This document shows positions 57,184-64,000 of a stretch of DNA of 64,000 nucleotides, one piece after another (position 1 is the stretch's first letter; each line of letters begins with the position of its first letter). Location: NCBI GenBank assembly GCA_050250255.1, contig JBFWOZ010000012.1, forward strand, positions 11,620 to 75,619. The letters run 5' to 3'. Source of the stretch: Bdellovibrionales bacterium. Lineage in GTDB: Bacteria; Bdellovibrionota; Bdellovibrionia; Bdellovibrionales; DASUEL01. A model generated the notes under the pieces. That model searched no databases and was not told the origin of the DNA. It was given only the letters and a program-made list of their open reading frames with translations. The position numbers and the translations under genes are program-made.

Positions 57184-58263
57184 TTAGGGAAAACTTAATT
57201 TTATAGGCTGACCCAGATTTCCAGGAACACCTTTGTCTTTTCCGTTATGGTTTACGTTGACGGCACCGCCATCACTCACGTCGATATTTAAATTCTTTTT
57301 GGCGCGTAAGGTGCGTTTTTCTTCAGGCTGAAGTGAAACGCTCTGTAGGGTTCCGCCATCGATTCGAAAGTCCACTTTTACAGAATCAAGAGCTTCGATC
57401 ACAACTTCTTGAGCCGTTTTGTTTTCCACAGGCTTTTCGGGAGGCTTTGCCGCCTCGGGAGGCTTCGGTGTTTCTACAGGTTTTGCGGGTTCCTCTGGTT
57501 TTTCTGCAGGCTTCTCTACAGGTTTTGCAGTTTCTACTTTTTCTTCAGGCTTTTTGGGTTCTACGGGTTTTGGAGGTTCTACTTTTGTAACCTCTGCTTT
57601 CGCGGGCTCTTCATTAGCGTTCGTTTTCGGCTCTACCTTCTGCTCGGCTTTTTGTTCGTCTTCGACTTTTGGTACTGCTTCATCTGTGGCCTTGAGTTCT
57701 TCTGTTTTTTCTTCAGGCTTATTCGCAGGAAGAGCATTGGTATGGACTTCAGCTGGTGGTTGAGGAACCTGAGACTCTTGCTGATATTTTTGAACTAATT
57801 GAAAAACAACATAAATGCTTACGAGAAGAAATACGGCTAATCCACCAAAGATCACCTTGCTGATAGCGGGTCTTTGTCCATTGGCAGCAGCGAGTCCGTC
57901 GTTAGTAAGTGGTCTCTCAGGCACTCCATTGCTTTTTGCAACAAGATTTTCAGTAGCACTGGCGTTAGTCTGAGAGGCTCCGTTTGTGGCTTCCTGCTCG
58001 ATTTCGTTTACAGGTGGAGCATAGCGAGTGGACCCCATTTCGCGATGGAAAACTTCCATAATTTCGTTCTGATCTAATTTTAAAAAATTAGCATATGTTT
58101 GAACGAATCCGCGCAAGAAAGTTTTAGATGGCAGATTTTCTGTGTCTGCTTTTTCTATGGCTTCTAAAAACTTCACATTAATTTTTGTCACCGCAGAAAC
58201 GGCAGCAACACTGACGTTTTGTTTTTCTCTCGCATTTTTTAAAAGCTGTCCTGTTTCTTTCAT
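57184..58263 (-). CDS. rodZ: Cytoskeleton protein RodZ
   Basis: N-terminal HTH (GQLLKNARE…FLRGFVQTYA), TM helix, Pro/Glu/Lys linker and C-terminal beta domain. Confidence 0.85.
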   Translation of the reverse strand: MKETGQLLKNAREKQNVSVAAVSAVTKINVKFLEAIEKADTENLPSKTFLRGFVQTYANFLKLDQNEIMEVFHREMGSTRYAPPVNEIEQEATNGASQTNASATENLVAKSNGVPERPLTNDGLAAANGQRPAISKVIFGGLAVFLLVSIYVVFQLVQKYQQESQVPQPPAEVHTNALPANKPEEKTEELKATDEAVPKVEDEQKAEQKVEPKTNANEEPAKAEVTKVEPPKPVEPKKPEEKVETAKPVEKPAEKPEEPAKPVETPKPPEAAKPPEKPVENKTAQEVVIEALDSVKVDFRIDGGTLQSVSLQPEEKRTLRAKKNLNIDVSDGGAVNVNHNGKDKGVPGNLGQPIKLSFP

Positions 58264-58284
58264 GGGGCTTTCAATTATAGGAGT

Positions 58285-59067
58285 CTATTGCTCCAGTTTC
58301 AGCAGTTGCATTTTTGCTTTTTGGGCGAAGGAACTTTCGGGATAAAGGCTCACGATTTCGTTCATTCGTGCACGGGCCTTTTCTGTTTGTCCCATTCCCA
58401 AATAGGAAAGAGCATTGTAGTAATGTGCCTCGTCGAGATTCTGGCATAACTGTATGGCAGAGTCTAGAGCTGCAGCCGCTTGGTTATACTTCTTTTGAAA
58501 ATAGAGAGTTTGCCCATAGTAATTATGAGCCACGCAATAAGAACGGTTCAGACTCAAAGCTTCTTGAAAGCTTTTTTGTGCCTGAACATATTGGCGCGTT
58601 TTCATGTACGCGAGCCCCAGGTTCACGTGGGCACGCTCTGTCTGGGGATAAGTGATGTCATCCAAAACAATTTTAAGCTCACGAATCGCTTCATTGAATT
58701 GATTCATTTCAATATAAGCGCGCGCTAAATTGTTGCGCGCTTCTGTGTAATCATTTTTTAGCTGAAGTGCTTTTTGAAAATGCTCAATCGACTCTTTCAC
58801 GCGCTTACGAGCAAAGAGGGCAATTGCTAAATTGTTTTGAATGAGCGGATTTTCTGGATCGAGTTGTTCGGCAACGAGGAGTTCGCGAATCGCATCGGGA
58901 TATTGGCCTTTGCTGAGGTGGCCGGTACCAATCTGAAGATGAAGATCGGCCTTGTTTGCATTTTCCTGCGACGTTGCACAACCCGCAAAAATCCAAGAGA
59001 TGAAAATCAATGTTGAAAAGTATTTTGCCACTCTCTTATTTCTATCAAACCCCGCGAAATCAAACAA
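58285..59067 (-). CDS. pilF: Type IV pilus pilotin PilF/Tgl-like TPR lipoprotein
   Basis: Lipobox FAGC; TPRs (EARNNLA, YPQTERAHVNLG); ndk…rodZ synteny. Confidence 0.75.
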   Translation of the reverse strand: MFDFAGFDRNKRVAKYFSTLIFISWIFAGCATSQENANKADLHLQIGTGHLSKGQYPDAIRELLVAEQLDPENPLIQNNLAIALFARKRVKESIEHFQKALQLKNDYTEARNNLARAYIEMNQFNEAIRELKIVLDDITYPQTERAHVNLGLAYMKTRQYVQAQKSFQEALSLNRSYCVAHNYYGQTLYFQKKYNQAAAALDSAIQLCQNLDEAHYYNALSYLGMGQTEKARARMNEIVSLYPESSFAQKAKMQLLKLEQ

Positions 59068-59090
59068 CTTCCCGTCATCTGCGCTAGACC

Positions 59091-60218
59091 CTAACGCAAT
59101 ACGGCAATTAGCTCTACATGGTCTGTCTGAGGGAACATATCGAAGGCCTGTACAGAATGAAGAGAAAAGCGTGGCGCAAGAAGCTTCCAGTCGCGTGCGG
59201 CGGTCGCGGGATGACAGCTGATATAGATAAGTGCTTCAGCGGTTGAGTTTTTTAAGAGGGAAAGCAGCTCTCGGTCGCAGCCCATGCGAGGTGGGTCTAG
59301 GATAACAAGGCCTTCGCCTAAATTTTCTGTTCCTAAATACTTTTTCACGTCTGCGGTATGAAATTGCAAATTACGAAGTCGGAGTTGTGTAACCTTTTTC
59401 TTTGCTTCGATGAGCAGAGAAGCCTCTTTTTCAACGCCGAAGATGGTTTTATCAGGAAAGTTTTGGGCAAGAAAAAGTCCAAAATTCCCGGCTCCGCAGT
59501 AGAGATCATAAATTTTCTTAACAGACGTGTTTTGAATCTCCCTAAGGAGAGATTGTTGTAAGAGGTTGTTGATTTCTACGTTGATTTGTCGAAATGCGGG
59601 GGCTTGGTCACCTAACCAAATTGTGGAAACAGCTCCATCTTCTTCAAGTCGTAGTTCGAATTTTTCAATGTCCTTACTTTGCGAAGCTTCAATGAGCTCT
59701 TGGCGATGAGATTTTAAGTGATTGACGATTTTCTCGTCTGTGATGGCGCAATCATTGATGGGTACAATGTCATGACTTTTTCTCGTTAAGAAACCGAGTT
59801 TTCCTGAGCGTGCATGGAGCTGTATGCGATTGCGATAATTCCAAACTTTAGGGCTTCCAACAATGGGTTTGACGATGGCCTCTGGAGAAATAGAGCGTGC
59901 GAGTCTCTCGACGTGAAGTTGCTTTTGTCGCAATTGTTCTTCGTAAGAAACGTGCTGCCAAACACAGCCGCCACACTGGCCAAAGACGGGACAAGGAGGC
60001 GTGCGTCTCTCAGGACTCTCTTTGAGAACACGCACAACTTCTCCTCGAAGAAAGCTTTTTTTATTTTCGGTAATTTCAACTTCTGCGAGATCGCCCGCAC
60101 AAGAAAAAGGGACAAATACAACTTGTCCCTCATGTCGACCAACGCCATCACCACCGACGGCAAGGCCGGTGATGAGGAGTTCAATTTTTGCCCCAGGTCT
60201 GAGAGGCGAATTAAGCAT
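59091..60218 (-). CDS. rlmD: 23S rRNA m5U methyltransferase (RlmD/TrmA family)
   Basis: TRAM domain, [11 protein letters not shown]e-S motif, DLYCGAG, DPPR, YISCHP and [10 protein letters not shown] motifs. Confidence 0.85.
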   Translation of the reverse strand: MLNSPLRPGAKIELLITGLAVGGDGVGRHEGQVVFVPFSCAGDLAEVEITENKKSFLRGEVVRVLKESPERRTPPCPVFGQCGGCVWQHVSYEEQLRQKQLHVERLARSISPEAIVKPIVGSPKVWNYRNRIQLHARSGKLGFLTRKSHDIVPINDCAITDEKIVNHLKSHRQELIEASQSKDIEKFELRLEEDGAVSTIWLGDQAPAFRQINVEINNLLQQSLLREIQNTSVKKIYDLYCGAGNFGLFLAQNFPDKTIFGVEKEASLLIEAKKKVTQLRLRNLQFHTADVKKYLGTENLGEGLVILDPPRMGCDRELLSLLKNSTAEALIYISCHPATAARDWKLLAPRFSLHSVQAFDMFPQTDHVELIAVLR

Positions 60219-60636
60219 TTACGATTTCGTGTGCTTCAAAGAACAAAGCGATTTCGCGTTTTGCGCTCACGGGAGAATCGCTTCCGTGAACAGCATTTTC
60301 ACCAACGTTGTCACCAAACTCAGCGCGGATTGTTCCAGGTTCTGCTTTTTTAGGATCCGTTGCGCCCATGATTTTACGATTTTTATCAACGGCACCTTCA
60401 CCAGAAAGAACCATTAAAAGAACGGGACCAGAAGTCATGAAAGAAACGAGTTCGCCAAAGAAAGGGCGCTCTTTGTGTTCCGCGTAGAACTCTTCACATT
60501 TTGATTTTGAAATACGAGTGAGTTTGGCGGCAGCTACTTTAAGGCCATTTTGTTCGAATTTTGCGATGATGGGACCCATCACATTTTTCTTAGTCGCGTT
60601 GGGTTTAATGATGCTGAATGTTTGTTCCTGAGCCAT
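60211..60636 (-). CDS. ndk: Nucleoside diphosphate kinase
   Basis: TFSIIKP, FYAEH, GTIR and NAVHGSDS motifs. Confidence 0.97.
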   Translation of the reverse strand: MAQEQTFSIIKPNATKKNVMGPIIAKFEQNGLKVAAAKLTRISKSKCEEFYAEHKERPFFGELVSFMTSGPVLLMVLSGEGAVDKNRKIMGATDPKKAEPGTIRAEFGDNVGENAVHGSDSPVSAKREIALFFEAHEIVNA

Positions 60637-60738
60637 CGGCTACCTCCAGATTGTGGATATTTGCGAATGGCTTACCATGCCCAAGCCTTGCGGTAAAATT
60701 ATTATTGTATAAGCTATGGTTATATTCACGGAGGACCC

Positions 60739-61197
60739 ATGAAATTCACTTTATTAATGCTTTTTGCCTTCCTTCTCTGCCCTGTATGTTACGCCCTCGA
60801 ATCTATAGAAAAAGAGGGTTTTTTGGTGGAAGTGGACTTTCAATATAAAAACCAAAAAATCAGTCTCTCGAAAACGTATACTCAAACTATAGAAAAGGGG
60901 CTGCATTCGTGGATTCCCATCTCAGGAAACTCAAAAGGAGTTACTCTGTTAGGAAAAATGTATGAACATTCTCAGGGTGTTGTGAAATGGGAGTTCATTG
61001 TCTTAGATCAAACTCAAACTGTTCCACTGGTCTCAAATCCTCGAATTATTGTACGAGAAGGACATCGCGCGAGCATCTCGATGACTACTGAGCAAGGAGC
61101 TTCCGCAGAAATTTCGATACAAGTCTCACCAGCAACCGATAAAAAGCATCCGACTGCTTCCTTGGAAGAAGTCGTTAAAGAAATGAAAAAAAAATAA
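60739..61197 (+). CDS. Secreted hypothetical protein
   Basis: GGAGG SD; signal peptide; VSNPRIIVREGHRASI resembles a secretin-type strand motif. Confidence 0.7.
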   Translation: MKFTLLMLFAFLLCPVCYALESIEKEGFLVEVDFQYKNQKISLSKTYTQTIEKGLHSWIPISGNSKGVTLLGKMYEHSQGVVKWEFIVLDQTQTVPLVSNPRIIVREGHRASISMTTEQGASAEISIQVSPATDKKHPTASLEEVVKEMKKK

Positions 61198-61206
61198 GTC
61201 TCGTTG

Positions 61207-61695
61207 TTAGATATCGTCCCCAGCTTCACGATTGTAAGTGCAAACTGAGCGGACGATCGTCTCTTTACTTACACCATTGGTCACAACGTACACATACCAT
61301 TTTTGATCAATTTTAAGTTGGTCGTTTTCAATCGTCCAAGTGCCAGTCGCCATTTCGGTAAATGTATTTCCATTGGTTGAATTGAGAGCTAGGAGAGTGA
61401 ACTTTCGTTCAAGAGCAGTCTTGGTGGCGTTCCAAGCGTAATAATTATTTGTATGAACTTTGTCGTAGCTAGAAAGACTCATCTTGGTGTCGGTGATGGT
61501 TCCAATTGTCAGAGGGCCCGATCCATAATCGATTGAGGCGCATCCATTTTGAGTGAGCTTTAGTTTTCCGTTGCTAGTTGTTCCATTATCCTTCACGCAT
61601 TGGCCGGCCCAATTACCGGTTAAGTTCGCGCAAGCATCCGCATGAATGTTTTGTGCAAAAAATAAAACTACAAAGAAACTAATTGTTTTCATCAT
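61207..61695 (-). CDS. Secreted hypothetical protein (beta-rich, Cys pairs)
   Basis: Signal peptide ending IHA; ACANLTGNWAGQC; AAGGGG SD. Confidence 0.75.
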   Translation of the reverse strand: MMKTISFFVVLFFAQNIHADACANLTGNWAGQCVKDNGTTSNGKLKLTQNGCASIDYGSGPLTIGTITDTKMSLSSYDKVHTNNYYAWNATKTALERKFTLLALNSTNGNTFTEMATGTWTIENDQLKIDQKWYVYVVTNGVSKETIVRSVCTYNREAGDDI

Positions 61696-61803
61696 AACCC
61701 CTTCGAATAAGGGCCACGCTACGATTCTTTATGAAGCGGTACAAGAGAGAAATTTTTGGCACCAGTGATGATGCGAACTGCTGCGAATCGTGTACAAAAC
61801 ACC

Positions 61804-61835
61804 TGTGGCGATGATCTTGCCACACATTGTGGCAA
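61804..61835. promoter_or_regulatory. Operator-like element, copy 1
   Basis: TGTGGC-N8-TGCCAC-AC-ATTGTGGCA, containing the palindrome TTGCCAC-N5-GTGGCAA. Confidence 0.7.
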
Positions 61836-61911
61836 AGTTTCTGGAAAAGCAACTCACCACAGATTAGAACCTGCATCAGATTTAAAGCACAAAACAAATA
61901 AGGAGGCTGCA

Positions 61912-62613
61912 ATGAATCGATTTTTAATTTTTTTATTAACCATTAACACTCTTGGCGGAGTTGCATTTGCTAACACCGCACAAGAACCAACCCAGCTTGA
62001 GGTCAATATCATTGATCCACAAGTAACAGCAGGCTGGTGTAGAGATGTCGCTGCATTATTAAAACGTGCATTTGATATGGGCTCTCACGCAAAGACCTAT
62101 GCTGAGGAAAAAGTTATTTTATCTGACGGCATTAAAAATGCGCTTCAACAAAGTAACGAAAAGTACACGCCGTTTTTAAGATATACGCTCAAGGCGGCTC
62201 TGGATGATCTCGATATCTTTGAACAAGATCTACAGCGGCAAGTGAATCACTTACGCACAGGCATACGCAACGGACTCTCTGATCTCAGATATATAGAGGC
62301 TTATGTTAACAATAAAGCGGATCAAAGAATCTATGTGAGAGAAATTCTCTACAGAACGCTTCTCACGGGAGTTCAATTGCCATTCGATACACAAGAGCTT
62401 GTGGTGCTGACGCGCACGGCACAGCGATCAATCATATTGTTAAATATGAGTGATGGTCGTCGATATGAAAACGTTGTTTGTGCAAAAAGAGATTTGGAGT
62501 TGGCTCTTAAATCTGCAGATGCAACGACGGATATCAAAACCAAAAACGAGTACTTACGTGTGGGCATCAGAGCTGCCTATGACCGCTTATACCGAAATAG
62601 ATATTGCCATTAA
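61912..62613 (+). CDS. Secreted alpha-helical hypothetical protein
   Basis: AGGAGG SD before ATG 61912; signal peptide ending AFA. Confidence 0.78.
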   Translation: MNRFLIFLLTINTLGGVAFANTAQEPTQLEVNIIDPQVTAGWCRDVAALLKRAFDMGSHAKTYAEEKVILSDGIKNALQQSNEKYTPFLRYTLKAALDDLDIFEQDLQRQVNHLRTGIRNGLSDLRYIEAYVNNKADQRIYVREILYRTLLTGVQLPFDTQELVVLTRTAQRSIILLNMSDGRRYENVVCAKRDLELALKSADATTDIKTKNEYLRVGIRAAYDRLYRNRYCH

Positions 62614-62626
62614 TGTAAATAGTACA

Positions 62627-62659
62627 TGTGGCTGTGGGTCTGCCACGTATTGTGGCAGA
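62627..62659. promoter_or_regulatory. Operator-like element, copy 2
   Basis: TGTGGC-N8-TGCCAC-GT-ATTGTGGCA, containing the palindrome TCTGCCAC-N5-GTGGCAGA. Confidence 0.7.
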
Positions 62660-62730
62660 TTATATTGCGCACCGTTCTAACAAATGAGAAAACTTAAACG
62701 TAAATGAAATTATATAAACAGGAGTTATTT

Positions 62731-63270
62731 ATGAAAAAAATCTTTCAACTTATTCAGGTATTAATGTTCGCTACGATAACAAATGCACATGCCAATGAAC
62801 AAGGTGTGGTCGAAGGAACTGGTCGTATCAGTGTGAATCTCGACTATGTTGGTAAAAAAATGAAATGTGAAACGGATTGTGCAGGTTTTGTGTTTGGCAC
62901 ATTTGGTTTGGGTAGCGTGATTGTCCCTTTTAACAAAAAGAAGGTTCAAAAAAACGAAACACTCGATGTTCCCTCGCGAATTTTCGTTTCTCCGTGGGGC
63001 CAAGGTAAGGCCAAGGTGGGCATAACGCTCTCAAAACAAAAGAACTGTGGCGCAACACAAATGAGCTTTACCGGAGTGGAAATGGCGAGTGGTGCTTATG
63101 AACTCTATCCGAATGGCAGTGTTGAGCCTATCGGTGAATTGATCGTGCTAAATAACTCGATCATGACAAAGTTTAACAGGGCACTTAACGCTACAACAAC
63201 GGGTCTTGATGGGAACGCATGTCATTGGAAGGTGGCATCCGATACCTCTGTTGAGTTCACTAAAGAGTAA
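62731..63270 (+). CDS. Secreted hypothetical protein
   Basis: AGGAG SD before ATG 62731; signal peptide ending AHA. Confidence 0.75.
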   Translation: MKKIFQLIQVLMFATITNAHANEQGVVEGTGRISVNLDYVGKKMKCETDCAGFVFGTFGLGSVIVPFNKKKVQKNETLDVPSRIFVSPWGQGKAKVGITLSKQKNCGATQMSFTGVEMASGAYELYPNGSVEPIGELIVLNNSIMTKFNRALNATTTGLDGNACHWKVASDTSVEFTKE

Positions 63271-63273
63271 TCA

Positions 63274-64000
63274 ATGCAACCCACTGTAGAGAGACCTAAG
63301 ATTATGTCCCCCGTTGAGTTTCGTGTAAAATTACAGACGGAATTGACGAATCGTATTGCCAATAATCCCAGGTACTCTCTACGAGCTTTTGCAAGATTTT
63401 TAGAAATTGATCCTTCGACGCTTTCTCAGCTTCTTCGTGGCATGAGGAAGTTTTCAAATGAACAAATTGAAACGATAGGAACTAAAATTGGACTGAGTCC
63501 AAGAGATGTTAAAGCCTTAAAGAATCTCAACCAAAAAAAGGCTTCAGGGGAACAATCGTGGCGCAATGATAACTACGACCTGACCCATGACATGTTTCAA
63601 ATAATTGCGGATTGGTATCACTACGCTATCTTTGAATTAGTCACCATTAAAAATTTTAAAAACGATACAAAGTGGATTGCTTCGAAGCTAGGGATCTCCG
63701 CCTCTGAAGCTGAATTTGCCGTTGAAAGACTTTTGAGATTAGGACTCTTGGTCCGACAAGAGGATGGCGGTCTCGCAAAGGGCAGTCTTAATATCTCGAC
63801 AACGTCATCTCCCTTTACATCTGCGGCCTTTAGAAAAATGCAAGAGCAGCTTCTTCAGAAGGCTATTCAAGCTATGGAGACCGTACCGATGTCCCAAAGA
63901 GACCAATCGTCTATGACCATGGCTATAGATACTTCGCTCATGGATGCCGCTAAAGAAAAAATTAAAAACTTTAGACGCGAGTTATGTGATTTTTTTCAGA
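63274..64000 (+). CDS. TIGR02147/DUF4423 family HTH protein (3'-truncated)
   Basis: Manual translation gives NPRYSLRAFARFLEIDPSTLSQLLRG (HTH), IIADWYHYAIFELV, RLLRLGL and RDQSSMTMAID…AKEKIKNFRREL. Not in the ORF track because it runs off the window end. Confidence 0.88.
   Translation, partial: MQPTVERPKIMSPVEFRVKLQTELTNRIANNPRYSLRAFARFLEIDPSTLSQLLRGMRKFSNEQIETIGTKIGLSPRDVKALKNLNQKKASGEQSWRNDNYDLTHDMFQIIADWYHYAIFELVTIKNFKNDTKWIASKLGISASEAEFAVERLLRLGLLVRQEDGGLAKGSLNISTTSSPFTSAAFRKMQEQLLQKAIQAMETVPMSQRDQSSMTMAIDTSLMDAAKEKIKNFRRELCDFFQ

Noticed and set aside
57409..57798. Long plus-strand ORFs opposite rodZ (and similar shadow ORFs such as 565..1077)
   Set aside because: Antisense artefacts of low-complexity Pro/Glu/Lys coding sequence.
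61756..61772. TTGGCAC as a sigma54 -24 box, and TTG 61756 as the gene start
   Set aside because: The -12 position reads GA, not GC. The real start is ATG 61912, which has an AGGAGG SD and a signal peptide.

Overview
A 64 kb chromosomal segment, most likely from a Bdellovibrionota (Bdellovibrio-like predatory) bacterium. This is inferred from a TIGR02147-type HTH gene, Tad minor pilins, a CFI-box protein and many Cys/Gly-rich secreted orphans. Core content: (1) a long minus-strand cluster rpsB-tsf-pyrH-frr-uppS-cdsA-rseP-tsaB-(MinD/FlhG-like ATPase)-(pseudo-J/HTH)-rluD-pgeF with an S2-type leader RNA; (2) priA and galU; (3) an oppABCDF peptide transporter with a sigma54-like promoter and an FN3 domain inserted in OppC; (4) a cobalamin-riboswitch-controlled btuB-btuF-btuC-btuD-tonB operon; (5) nagZ, nadE, a deoxyhypusine-synthase-like gene and an atypical stand-alone PurD-like ligase; (6) ndk-rlmD-pilF-rodZ. 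No tRNA, rRNA, CRISPR array or mobile element was seen. Most interesting observations: a conserved three-half-site palindromic operator in front of secreted-protein genes linked to a TIGR02147 regulator; a pair of Cys/Gly-rich secreted proteins sharing a C-terminal motif behind a sigma28-like promoter; a 17-bp palindromic motif repeated 39 kb apart; a 41-aa highly basic ORF absent from the ORF track; and recurrent leaderless-type promoters. All calls are by eye, with no database searches.
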